This document shows, piece after piece, positions 14,690-23,583 of a stretch of 43,199 nucleotides of DNA. Under the pieces are notes generated by a model, which saw only the letters and a list, made by a program, of their open reading frames with translations, searched no databases and was not told where the DNA came from. The position numbers and the translations under genes were made by a program. The DNA comes from Desulfobacteraceae bacterium (lineage in GTDB: Bacteria > Desulfobacterota > Desulfobacteria > Desulfobacterales > Desulfococcaceae): assembly GCA_011390315.1 (NCBI GenBank), contig JAABSQ010000151.1, positions 1-43,199 of the forward strand, read 5' to 3'. Positions within the stretch are counted from its first letter, which is position 1. Each line of letters starts with the position of its first letter.

Positions 14690-16870
14690 TTAATTTCCGG
14701 CCAATACCTTCACCACCGACTCATGCAGCCACCCCTCGGAGCCGTCCCTGGCCCGAATTCGGTACCAGGGGCCGGTTTCCCCCCGCACATTGTGCCGGGA
14801 CCCGGCCGCCTCCACATACTTGACCGCGTGGTCGAAGCCGGGGCCCGACCGAACATTGGCCCGAGCGGTGGTGGCGATCAGTTTCAGGGTGGAACCGGTC
14901 CCCGCCGCCGCTTCCGAAAGGGTTTCTTCGGGGCCGGATACCGGTTCATCCACCGGTCGCACGTATTTGGTGGGAATCCATCCGAAGGAGCCGTCCATCA
15001 TTTCGATTTTGAGCCATCCGTCTTGGGTCCAGCCGGCCAGCCGATAGGTTTCCCCGATCAATCCCTGCCCCTTGACCCGGGCGTCATTTCGGGGCGCATA
15101 CCGGATATTGACCACATCCCGGTAAATCTCCACCTCTTTGACCGGCCGGCGGCCTTCCCGTGCGGCCTCGGCGGCATCGATCACCGGAGTTCCCTGGGGA
15201 AAGGGCGCCGCCGCGGCCGGTCCGGAGGGCGGCGCCGACCCCGAGGATTCAGATCGACGGCTTACCGGCGGAACCTCCCGACCCGAGGCCGGAGGATATG
15301 GGGATGCACCCCGGTCGGTCCGGGAAAAAACGGACCGGGCGCTGTTCAACGAACCTTCCCATCGGTTCATCGACCGGTCCAGATACCTGGCCAGGGAGGC
15401 CGTTCCCGGGGTATCCTCCACCGGCGGCAGGGGATCGACCCCCACCGTGTTGTAAAGCCGGAAGGCCGCATTTTCCAGTTCCGTAAAAGCCAAATAATGG
15501 CGCATGCGGGCCTGAAGCAGGTCTCTGGATCGGCGGATCATCGAGAGCCCGTCCGAGCCGGAAACCGGACCGCCGGCCGACTCGGTCTGAAGCTTGCTAT
15601 TGACATCATCCAGAAGATAGGAGAGCCGGTAGTCTTCCAAAGCCCGTTCGAACCGCTGCCGGGCCAGATGCACCTGGGTCAGGATGGCCGCGTTCACCAC
15701 CAACCGTCGGGGGTCGTCGGCTCCCGCCCCCCGGGTCGCCGGCGGGTTTGAAGCGGTCCCGGGCATGACCAGAACGGGGATCAGCCGCAGCCCGATCTCC
15801 CGCCATTCCCGGCCGGCCGGCCAGGGATCATCCCCCGGGCCGGGTCCGTCCGAATCGAAATCGAGCCCCGGCTGAAGCCGCAGCATCGCCTCCCGGGTTC
15901 GGGCCAGACCGACATCTCCGGACATCCCGCTCCCCCGGGCCTCCCACCGGTGGACCAGAGCGAGGTGCTCCAAATCGGCCCTCGCTTTTTTCAAACTGGG
16001 GATATTCGGCTGGTTCCAGGCGGGCGCCACCAGTCGAAAGCCGGACCCGGGGTTGAGGCCCATCCATTCGGCCAGGTCGATTTTGGCCGGGGAAAGATCC
16101 CCCATCCATTCCCGCAACCCGCGAATCGCCTCGATCAGCTCCCGCTGAGTTTCCAGGGCCTCCCGGGAAGGCGAAGGGCTTCGGCGGTTGATCTCCCGGG
16201 TGACCCGAAGGGCCTCCCGGGCCTGGTCGAGGAGTCTTCCGATCTCCGAGGCGAGCGCCTCGGCCCCGGCGGCCCGGTAATAGCGGCGACGGGTTTCATG
16301 GAGAATGTTTCGAACCGCTTTTTGGCGAATTCCCTGGCTCTCGGAGACCGGTTGAATCCCCTCGCGGGTGACGGCGTGAAGCAGGCCGAAATCGAGCACG
16401 TTCCAGATGGCCTCGATATCGGTCCGCCGCGCATCGACGCCGGATAACGACCCGCCGCCGGAAAACGGCCGGGTTTTCGAACCCGCGGGGGTGTCGAAGG
16501 ACGATTCCGAATAGCCGTATCCGGCGGCCCGGACCAGATTCACCAGGGTTTCGTAATCGGAAGCGGCGGCGCCCGCCCGGTCCAGGGCTTTTCCCATTGT
16601 ATCGACCTCGGACCTCAGGTTGTGCTGAACAGCCCGGGCCATGGCCTCATACAAGGTGACGGGGCCGGACACCGTCTCCCGGGCCGCCGTCGGCATCGAT
16701 CGGCCGGCTTCCCGCTCCATGGCGGGTTGAGGCTTCTGGAATAACGGCTGACGGGTGATCCCTTGACAGCCGATGAACAATAGACCCGAGATGATCGAGA
16801 AGACAATGTAATTTCGCACCGGCGGTGGCCTCCTGAGGGTTTTGAATGGATTCGTCGGATGGTCGCCCAT
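14690..16870 (-). CDS. TolC/outer-membrane-factor-like lipoprotein with two C-terminal SH3b domains
   Basis: ORF 14690..17089 trimmed to ATG 16870 (MGDHPTN...). Lipobox LLFIGC. OEP-like N-terminus VTLYEAMARAVQHNLRSE and coiled helical repeats. Pro/Ser/Ala-rich linker. The last about 150 aa form two SH3_3-like units (GWTQDGWLKIEMMDGSFGWIP and GPWYRIRARDGSEGWLH). Confidence 0.7.
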   Translation of the reverse strand: MGDHPTNPFKTLRRPPPVRNYIVFSIISGLLFIGCQGITRQPLFQKPQPAMEREAGRSMPTAARETVSGPVTLYEAMARAVQHNLRSEVDTMGKALDRAGAAASDYETLVNLVRAAGYGYSESSFDTPAGSKTRPFSGGGSLSGVDARRTDIEAIWNVLDFGLLHAVTREGIQPVSESQGIRQKAVRNILHETRRRYYRAAGAEALASEIGRLLDQAREALRVTREINRRSPSPSREALETQRELIEAIRGLREWMGDLSPAKIDLAEWMGLNPGSGFRLVAPAWNQPNIPSLKKARADLEHLALVHRWEARGSGMSGDVGLARTREAMLRLQPGLDFDSDGPGPGDDPWPAGREWREIGLRLIPVLVMPGTASNPPATRGAGADDPRRLVVNAAILTQVHLARQRFERALEDYRLSYLLDDVNSKLQTESAGGPVSGSDGLSMIRRSRDLLQARMRHYLAFTELENAAFRLYNTVGVDPLPPVEDTPGTASLARYLDRSMNRWEGSLNSARSVFSRTDRGASPYPPASGREVPPVSRRSESSGSAPPSGPAAAAPFPQGTPVIDAAEAAREGRRPVKEVEIYRDVVNIRYAPRNDARVKGQGLIGETYRLAGWTQDGWLKIEMMDGSFGWIPTKYVRPVDEPVSGPEETLSEAAAGTGSTLKLIATTARANVRSGPGFDHAVKYVEAAGSRHNVRGETGPWYRIRARDGSEGWLHESVVKVLAGN

Positions 16871-16981
16871 TGAAAACCAATTCCGGCGGATTTTGTCAAG
16901 CTGAATGTGAAAATATTCGAGCCGGTGCGATTTGGCATGCGAGTGAATCCGCTTGAACGCGAAAAGACCTTGGAAATCCGC

Positions 16982-17009
16982 TTGACAATAAAAATTAGAG
17001 GATGATATT
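16982..17009 (+). promoter_or_regulatory. Sigma70-type promoter candidate for the rpsF operon
   Basis: TTGACA-16 nt-GATATT. Confidence 0.4.
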
Positions 17010-17046
17010 GGTTCTAATTTTTTATATAGGAATACCCATACCCTTG

Positions 17047-17065
17047 CTCCGACATCGAGTCGGGG
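17047..17065 (+). promoter_or_regulatory. Hairpin in the rpsF 5' leader (possible S6:S18 autoregulatory element)
   Basis: CUCCGAC-aucga-GUCGGGG (7 bp with one G-U), 24 nt upstream of the rpsF ATG. An S6:S18-binding leader motif is known in many bacteria, but I cannot verify its consensus here. Confidence 0.3.
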
Positions 17066-17088
17066 CTTTATATCCAAAAGGAGGTTCA

Positions 17089-17595
17089 ATGAGGAGATAC
17101 GAAACGATCGTTATCGCCGACCCTGATCTGTCGGAAGATCAGCGGGGCCCGTTGTTCGACCGAATGACGGAAATCATCGACCAGGAAGGCGGCTTTCTGA
17201 TCGAAACCGATGAATGGGGCGGCCGCAAGCTGGCTTATGAAATCAAGGGCAAACCCCGCGGGTATTATGTACGCCTCGAGTATTGCGGAACAGGCCCGGT
17301 GGTGGATGAACTGGAGCGGTTCTACCGAATCGACGACAGGGTCCTCAAATTCATGACCATTCTCCTGGAAAAGGATGCCGATATTGAGGCCGTGAAGGCC
17401 CGAATGGCCGAGGCCGAGGCTGCGGAAACCCAGGCCGCTGAAGAAGCCGAGAGCGAAGCCGCCGCCGAATCCACGGAAGAAACCGTTGCGGAACCGGCAG
17501 GCGAACCCGAATCCGCCCCGGCGTCTTCGGCAACCGACACGGACACCGAAACGACCCCGACCGAGGAAACGGCCGAAACCAAGGAGGAGGTATAG
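17089..17595 (+). CDS. rpsF: 30S ribosomal protein S6 with a long acidic C-terminal extension
   Basis: ORF trimmed to ATG 17089 ([17 protein letters not shown]...) with an AAAGGAGG RBS. About 70-aa Glu/Ala/Thr-rich tail. Confidence 0.95.
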   Translation: MRRYETIVIADPDLSEDQRGPLFDRMTEIIDQEGGFLIETDEWGGRKLAYEIKGKPRGYYVRLEYCGTGPVVDELERFYRIDDRVLKFMTILLEKDADIEAVKARMAEAEAAETQAAEEAESEAAAESTEETVAEPAGEPESAPASSATDTDTETTPTEETAETKEEV

Positions 17596-17596
17596 C

Positions 17597-17851
17597 ATGG
17601 CATTTCGTCCCAGAAAAAAACGAAGAAGAATTTTTCACCGCCGCAAGGTCTGCCGCTTCTGTGCCGACAGCAGCCTGGCAATCGATTATAAAGAACCCAG
17701 AACCCTGGGGTATTTCACCACCGAGCGGGGCAAAATTATTCCCCGGCGGATTTCCGGCACCTGCGCCAAGCATCAGCGGCAGCTGAATACGGCCATCAAA
17801 CAGGCCCGAACCATCGCCCTTCTGCCCTATGTGGGATCCGTGGAAGTCTAG
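17597..17851 (+). CDS. rpsR: 30S ribosomal protein S18
   Basis: [25 protein letters not shown]...[30 protein letters not shown]. Confidence 0.95.
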   Translation: MAFRPRKKRRRIFHRRKVCRFCADSSLAIDYKEPRTLGYFTTERGKIIPRRISGTCAKHQRQLNTAIKQARTIALLPYVGSVEV

Positions 17852-17866
17852 GGACGGAATCGATCC

Positions 17867-18820
17867 GTGCCCGACAGCGGCCAGACAGACATCATCAAAG
17901 ACATCGCCAGAGGGATCGCCCTCACCTTATTGATCTTTGTCGTATCGATCTATATTCCGGTGTTCGGCTTTTTCTTTTCCCTCTTCATTCCCCTGCCGGT
18001 CCTCTTCGCTCGAATGAAACTGGGCCGGCAGGCCGGGGCGGCGGCGCCGGTGATCTCCGCCTTGATTATGACCGGCTGGATCGGCGGGGCCTCTTTTGAC
18101 ACGGTATTTTTCGCCGAACTCCTGCTTCTCGGATTCATGATGGGGGAGCTGTTCGAACGAAACCTTTCCGTAGAAAAAACGGTCGGCTATACTGCCGCCG
18201 CGGTTCTCGGGGCCGGGCTGCTGGTGCTGGTGGTCTACGGCAATCTTTCCGCCGCCGGGCCGGGCGGCTTGGTATCGGAATATGTCGACAAAAACCTGAA
18301 GATGACCCTGGCGCTGTATGAACAGATGGGGGTATCCGAGGAGAATATCCGAATCATTTCCGAATCCATGGACAAGATCCGGTATGTGCTGGTTCGGATC
18401 ATTCCGGCCCTGGCCGTCACCTTTACCCTGTTCATCACCTGGACCACCCTGCTGATGTCGAAACCGATTCTCAGGAGCCGGGGGCTGTTCTTTCCCGATT
18501 TCAGCCCCCTCAACCACTGGAAGGTTCCCGAAAACCTGGTATGGGGCGTCATCGGGTGCGGATTGATGCTGCTGTTTCCCGACAAATCCATCAAGCTGGT
18601 GGGCATGAACGGGCTCATCATTTTAATGACCATCTATTTTTTCGGCGGCATCGCCATTGTGTCCTTCTATTTTGAAAAAAAACGGTTTCCCCTGTTTCTG
18701 CGGTTTTTCCTGTACAGCCTGATCGCGCTTCAGCAGATCGTGCTGTTTCTGGTGATCGGACTCGGTTTTTTCGATATGTGGCTGAACCTCAGAAAACTGG
18801 AATCCCAAAACCATGAGTGA
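17867..18820 (+). CDS. DUF2232 (YybS-like) integral membrane protein
   Basis: 317-aa multi-pass membrane ORF (GTG start) in the conserved position between rpsR and rplI. Confidence 0.7.
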   Translation: MPDSGQTDIIKDIARGIALTLLIFVVSIYIPVFGFFFSLFIPLPVLFARMKLGRQAGAAAPVISALIMTGWIGGASFDTVFFAELLLLGFMMGELFERNLSVEKTVGYTAAAVLGAGLLVLVVYGNLSAAGPGGLVSEYVDKNLKMTLALYEQMGVSEENIRIISESMDKIRYVLVRIIPALAVTFTLFITWTTLLMSKPILRSRGLFFPDFSPLNHWKVPENLVWGVIGCGLMLLFPDKSIKLVGMNGLIILMTIYFFGGIAIVSFYFEKKRFPLFLRFFLYSLIALQQIVLFLVIGLGFFDMWLNLRKLESQNHE

Positions 18821-18850
18821 ATACTCGATCCCCGAACACGGAGGCGTGAC

Positions 18851-19300
18851 ATGAAAGTCATTTTAACCGAAACCATTGAATCCCTGGGCATTATCGGCTC
18901 CGAAGTCGAGGTGGCCAAGGGGTATGCCCGAAATTACCTCCTGCCCCAGCGCAAAGCGGTGCCGGCCACCGATGCCAACCGAAAGGCGATGGAACAGGAA
19001 AAGGCCAAATTCGAACTTCAGATCGCCAAAGAAAAAGCATTCGCCAAGGAAATGGCCTCTCGACTGGAAGGGGTCTCCTGCACCATTCCGGCCAAGGTCA
19101 GTGAGGAAGACCGGCTCTACGGCAGCGTCACCAGTCGCGACATCGCCGAGGCCCTGGCGGCTCAGGGCATCGAGGTGGACAAACAGATGATCCTGCTGAC
19201 CGAGCCCCTCAAAACCCTGGGCGCCTACACCGTTCCCATTCGAGTCTACACCGATGTGGAACCGGAAATCACGGTGGAAGTGGTGCCGGAAGAGGAATAG
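18851..19300 (+). CDS. rplI: 50S ribosomal protein L9
   Basis: MKVILTETIESLGIIGSEVEVAKGYARNYLLPQRKA... GGAGG RBS. Confidence 0.95.
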   Translation: MKVILTETIESLGIIGSEVEVAKGYARNYLLPQRKAVPATDANRKAMEQEKAKFELQIAKEKAFAKEMASRLEGVSCTIPAKVSEEDRLYGSVTSRDIAEALAAQGIEVDKQMILLTEPLKTLGAYTVPIRVYTDVEPEITVEVVPEEE

Positions 19301-19313
19301 AATTTTCCCTGAC

Positions 19314-19360
19314 GCGCATCGGGAGGATTCGCCCCGGTGCGCCCGTTTTCCACCTTTTTG
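19314..19360 (+). terminator. Terminator/attenuator hairpin between rplI and dnaB
   Basis: GCGCAUCGGG-9 nt loop-CCCGGUGCGC (10 bp, one G-U) followed by CCGUUUUCCACCUUUUUG. Confidence 0.5.
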
Positions 19361-19383
19361 ATCCCTTCCGGGGGGACTTGTTC

Positions 19384-20784
19384 ATGGCCAAACCTCGACC
19401 CAAAATTAATAAAGACATCGCCCTTTACAAACTGCCGCCCCAGAATACCGAGGCCGAGGAATCGCTGCTCAGTGCCATTCTGCTGGACAACAACACCCTC
19501 ATCGACATCATGGAGATGCTCTCCCCCGAAGACTTCTACACCAGTTCCCATCAGAAAATATTCGAGGCGGTGACCGAACTCTTCTCCCGGAACGAACCGG
19601 TGGATCTCATCACCCTGGCCAACATCCTGACCGAAAAAGGGATCATCAACGATATCGGCGGGGAGAGCTACCGGGGCGCCACCTATCTTTCCTGGTTGAC
19701 CGACGCGGTGCCCATGGCGGTGAACGCCCCCCATTACGCCCGGATTATTCGGGACAAGGCCTGTCTCAGGCGGCTGATCGAAAAATCCAATGAAATCACC
19801 CGCCGGTGCTACGAAGATCAGGGCAACGTGGACGAGGTGGTCGACTTTGCCGAAGGGGCGATTTTCGAGGTAACCGAAGACAAGATCAAGCCCTCGTTTT
19901 TTCCACTGGGAAAAATCATCGAGGCCAACATCGACACCCTGGAAGAGCGTCAGGGAAACAAATCCCTGATCACCGGGGTCCCTACCGGGTTCACCCGTCT
20001 GGACAACCTCACCGCCGGTTTTCAGCCTTCGGATCTGATCATTCTGGCGGCCCGGCCCAGCATGGGAAAAACCGCCTTCGCTCTTAGCCTGGCCCGAAAC
20101 GCCGCAGTAGACGGGGGCGTGCCGGTGGCCTTCTTTTCCCTGGAAATGTCCCGGGAGCAGCTGTCCATGCGGATGCTCTGCGCCGAAGCCCGGGTCGATT
20201 CCTCCCGAGTGCGAAGCGGATTTTTCAGCCGGGACGACTGGGAGGCCCTCACGGAGGCGGCCGGTGTGCTTTCGGAAACCCCGATCTACATCGACGATTC
20301 TCCGGATGTCACCACCGTGGAGATTCGGGCCAAATCGAGGCGATTGAAACTGGAAAAAGACATCGGCCTGATCGTCATCGATTATCTTCAGCTCATGAAA
20401 TCCCACGGCAACCGGGAGCGACGGGAACTTGAAATCTCCGAAATCTCCCGCTCCCTCAAGTCCCTGGCCAAAGAGTTGAGCGTCCCGGTTATCGCCCTGT
20501 CCCAGCTCAACCGAAAGCTGGAGGAGCGTTCCGACAAGCGCCCGATGCTCTCCGACCTGAGAGAGTCGGGGGCCCTGGAGCAGGACGCGGACGTGGTCGC
20601 CTTCATCTATCGGGACGAGGTCTACAACAAGGATGAAAACAACCCCGACCGGGGCAAGGCCGAGATCATACTGGGCAAACAGCGAAACGGGCCCATCGGC
20701 ACCGCCCACCTCACCTTTATAGACCGCTATACGCGGTTTGAAAACCCGGCGCCCGAAGGAATGATGGACGCCATGCCTGTATGA
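19384..20784 (+). CDS. dnaB: Replicative DNA helicase DnaB
   Basis: LPPQNTEAEESLLSAILLD N-terminus, Walker A ARPSMGKT, and IVIDYLQLM and LSQLNR motifs. Start taken at ATG 19384 (TTG 19378 is also possible). Confidence 0.95.
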   Translation: MAKPRPKINKDIALYKLPPQNTEAEESLLSAILLDNNTLIDIMEMLSPEDFYTSSHQKIFEAVTELFSRNEPVDLITLANILTEKGIINDIGGESYRGATYLSWLTDAVPMAVNAPHYARIIRDKACLRRLIEKSNEITRRCYEDQGNVDEVVDFAEGAIFEVTEDKIKPSFFPLGKIIEANIDTLEERQGNKSLITGVPTGFTRLDNLTAGFQPSDLIILAARPSMGKTAFALSLARNAAVDGGVPVAFFSLEMSREQLSMRMLCAEARVDSSRVRSGFFSRDDWEALTEAAGVLSETPIYIDDSPDVTTVEIRAKSRRLKLEKDIGLIVIDYLQLMKSHGNRERRELEISEISRSLKSLAKELSVPVIALSQLNRKLEERSDKRPMLSDLRESGALEQDADVVAFIYRDEVYNKDENNPDRGKAEIILGKQRNGPIGTAHLTFIDRYTRFENPAPEGMMDAMPV

Positions 20785-22418
20785 GGAACATTTTCGGAAA
20801 CACCGAAGGACTGAAAGCCGACCCGCTTCGACGGCTGGGAAACCTTTACCGCCGCCGGGTCCCCAAAGAATTTTTGATCACCCCGGATCAGGCCCGGGAA
20901 ATCGCCGGCCTTTCCCACGACATCGGCCGTCAGATCGGGCTGCTCATCGACCGGACCGGCAAGGTCTTCTATGTTATCGTCGGAGACGCCGCCCAGATCG
21001 TCATCCCCGACACCCCGGAACACCGCACCGTACCCGGGCGGCTCAAGGGCCTTCGGTGCGTCCACACCCATCTCAAGTCCGAACCGCTCTCTTCCGACGA
21101 TCTCACCGACCTGGCCCTGCTTCGGCTCGACATGATGGCCGCCGTCACCCTGACCGAAACCGGGGGGCCCGATCAGATCCATATCGCGCACATCCTTCCC
21201 ACCGGTTCTCCGGAAGAACCCTGCCGGGTTCTGAAACCGATTCCGCCCACCGAGCTGGATATCGGGTTTACGGCCCGGGTCCGCGCTCTGGAGCAGGAAC
21301 TGGCCCACATCCGCTCGCTGTACACCGGCAAAAAAGGCCAGGAACGGGCGGTCCTGGTCAGCGTTTCCACCGCCCCGCGCCGGGAGGCCGAGGATTCCCT
21401 CGACGAACTCAAAGAGCTGGCCCGATCCGGAGGGCTTCACGTGGTGGACACGGTGCTTCAGCTGCGAAAAAAGGCGAACCCCCGATTCCTCATGGGCCGG
21501 GGAAAGCTTCAGGAGCTGAATCTTCTGGCCCTTCAGCAAGGGGTCTCTCTGCTCATCTTCGACCAGGAGCTGAACCCTTCTCAGATCCGCTCCATCACCG
21601 ACCAGACCGACCTGAAGGTCCTCGACCGGACTCAGCTGATTCTGGATATCTTCGCCCAGCGGGCCCAGACCCGGGAAGGCAAGCTTCAGGTGGAGCTGGC
21701 CCAGCTCAAATATCTGCTTCCCCGGCTGGTGACCAAAAACACCGCCATGTCCCGACTGACCGGCGGCATCGGGGGCCGGGGTCCCGGAGAAACCAAACTC
21801 GAAATCAACCGCCGCCGGGTTCGGGACCGCATCAATAGGCTGGAAAAATCGCTCTCGGGAGTGCTCAAACAGCGCAAACAGCAGCGGGCCAAGCGCAGCA
21901 AAAAGGGGCTCCCGATCATCTCCATCATCGGCTACACCAACGCCGGAAAGTCGACCCTGCTCAACACCCTTACCGACAGCGAAGTATTGGCCGAAAGCCG
22001 CCTCTTCGCCACCCTGGACCCCTCCAGCAGGCGGCTTCGGTTTCCCCGGGACCTGGAGGTCATCATCACCGACACGGTGGGTTTCATTCGAGACCTGCCC
22101 CGGGACCTGATGGTCGCTTTTCGGGCCACCCTGGAAGAACTCAACAGCGCCGATCTGCTGCTTCACGTCATCGACATCGGCAATCCCCGTTTCGAAGAAC
22201 AGATCGCCTCGGTGGAACAGATCCTGTCCGATCTCGACCTGGAGGGTATTTCGGTGATTCGGGTGCTCAACAAACAGGATCTTCTGGATGCCGAATCGGT
22301 GAATACCCTTCAGCGAATCCACGGCGGCATTCCGGTCTCCGCCACCGACCGTACCTCGCTGCTGCCGCTGATCGAGAAAATGGAAACCGAAATCGGCAAC
22401 CGGATACCTTCTCCTTGA
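20781..22418 (+). CDS. hflX: GTPase HflX
   Basis: 545 aa. HflX N-domain, then G-domain GYTNAGKST, DTVGF and NKQD. ATGA overlap with the dnaB stop. Confidence 0.9.
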   Translation: MRNIFGNTEGLKADPLRRLGNLYRRRVPKEFLITPDQAREIAGLSHDIGRQIGLLIDRTGKVFYVIVGDAAQIVIPDTPEHRTVPGRLKGLRCVHTHLKSEPLSSDDLTDLALLRLDMMAAVTLTETGGPDQIHIAHILPTGSPEEPCRVLKPIPPTELDIGFTARVRALEQELAHIRSLYTGKKGQERAVLVSVSTAPRREAEDSLDELKELARSGGLHVVDTVLQLRKKANPRFLMGRGKLQELNLLALQQGVSLLIFDQELNPSQIRSITDQTDLKVLDRTQLILDIFAQRAQTREGKLQVELAQLKYLLPRLVTKNTAMSRLTGGIGGRGPGETKLEINRRRVRDRINRLEKSLSGVLKQRKQQRAKRSKKGLPIISIIGYTNAGKSTLLNTLTDSEVLAESRLFATLDPSSRRLRFPRDLEVIITDTVGFIRDLPRDLMVAFRATLEELNSADLLLHVIDIGNPRFEEQIASVEQILSDLDLEGISVIRVLNKQDLLDAESVNTLQRIHGGIPVSATDRTSLLPLIEKMETEIGNRIPSP

Positions 22419-22450
22419 CATCCGATGAAAAATATATAAGTTTGGTCTCT

Positions 22451-23239
22451 ATGGAGTTCGAAGACATCAGGCGGATCGGTATCGGCGCCGCATACAAGGG
22501 GGGGGAGGTACTCAGCGACTATTTCGGCCGCATCTCCGATATTCGAAAAAAAGGCGCCATCGATCTGGTGACCGAGGCGGATGTCAGTGCCGAAAAGGAG
22601 ATCCTCGAAATTCTCCGCTGCCGCTGCCCCGATCACGCGGTTCTGGCCGAAGAAAGCGGCGCCGGCGCCGGCGATTCCGATTACCGCTGGATTATCGATC
22701 CCCTCGACGGCACCACCAACTACACCCACCGACTGGGTCTTTTCTGCGTCTCCATCGCCTGTGAATTCAAAGGGAACATGGCGGTGGGCATCGTGCTGAA
22801 TCCGATCACCGGCGAACTCTTCACCGCCATTCAGGGCAAAGGCGCCCAGTTGAACGGCCGCCCCATTCGGGTGTCCGACACCGATCGCCTCTCCGACAGT
22901 CTGCTGGTCACCGGTTTTCCCTATGACCTGAAAACCCATTTGGATCCGCTGATGGCGCGGTTCGCCAATTGCCTCAAATCCGCCCAGGGGGTGCGCCGGC
23001 TCGGTTCGGCGGCGCTGGATCTCTGTTTTGTGGCCTGTGGACGGTTCGACGGCTTCTGGGAAGAGAACCTCCATCCCTGGGATACCGCCGCAGGAATGCT
23101 GATTGCCAAAGAGGCCGGGGCCCGGGTGACCGATTTTTCCGGCGGGCCCTACCGGATCGACACCTCGACCCTGCTGGCGACCAACGGAAGGATTCATGAA
23201 GAAATGATTCCATTACTATCCATAAAGGACATGCAATGA
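22451..23239 (+). CDS. suhB: Inositol monophosphatase family protein (SuhB-like)
   Basis: Motifs EESG, DPLDGTTNY and WDTAAG. Start set at ATG 22451. An upstream in-frame TTG at 22415 is the track start. Confidence 0.85.
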   Translation: MEFEDIRRIGIGAAYKGGEVLSDYFGRISDIRKKGAIDLVTEADVSAEKEILEILRCRCPDHAVLAEESGAGAGDSDYRWIIDPLDGTTNYTHRLGLFCVSIACEFKGNMAVGIVLNPITGELFTAIQGKGAQLNGRPIRVSDTDRLSDSLLVTGFPYDLKTHLDPLMARFANCLKSAQGVRRLGSAALDLCFVACGRFDGFWEENLHPWDTAAGMLIAKEAGARVTDFSGGPYRIDTSTLLATNGRIHEEMIPLLSIKDMQ

Positions 23240-23433
23240 AGAAAAATTCGGGCAAGAACGTATTTTTAAACGATCATGTGGGCTGCTTCGGCGACTTCAA
23301 CATCGAGGATACGGTGTGCAAAAAATTCTGTGCCCTCAGCCTCCGCTGCACCATTGAACGCGAGCAGATCGAGCAGATGGAGCTGCTGGAAGACCTGGTC
23401 TCTTCGGAGAACATGTTTATCAAAATTCAATAA
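23236..23433 (+). CDS. Small hypothetical Cys-containing protein (65 aa)
   Basis: ATGA overlap with the suhB stop suggests translational coupling. Four Cys (C17, C28, C32, C38) and an acidic C-terminal half. No family recognised. Confidence 0.45.
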   Translation: MKKNSGKNVFLNDHVGCFGDFNIEDTVCKKFCALSLRCTIEREQIEQMELLEDLVSSENMFIKIQ

Positions 23434-23495
23434 TCCCGCCCGACCGTTCCCCCAAAGCCTTTTCCCCGCAACGACACAAGGAGATTCATGTAAAG

Positions 23496-23583
23496 ACCGC
23501 CTGAAAGGGCGGTGGCTCCATCAATCTCCGGCTTTTTTGATCCACTCGGAAGGCCGGCCTTCCGAGTGCCGAACCGCGTTCGG
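23496..23583. terminator. Cluster of three hairpins between the convergent small ORF and dnaA
   Basis: ACCGCC-tgaaag-GGCGGT (23496-23513). Perfect 22-nt palindrome CTCGGAAGGCCGGCCTTCCGAG (23545-23566). CCGAAC-cgc-GTTCGG (23569-23583), immediately after the dnaA stop. No clean U-tracts. Confidence 0.4.

Noticed and set aside
16871-17088. Origin of replication at the main strand-orientation switch (TolC-like on minus, rpsF on plus)
   Set aside because: The spacer is only 218 bp, is occupied by the rpsF promoter and leader, and contains no DnaA-box-like 9-mers better than 5/9.
14690-17089. N-terminal extensions given by the ORF track for several genes: 16871-17089, 31868-32065, 25399-25482, 7158-7256, 36352-36798, 40256-40477, 3472-3555, 14624-14671
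   Set aside because: Internal ATG/GTG codons with good RBS and proper signal peptides or family-typical N-termini give better starts. The extensions overlap upstream genes, promoters or leaders.
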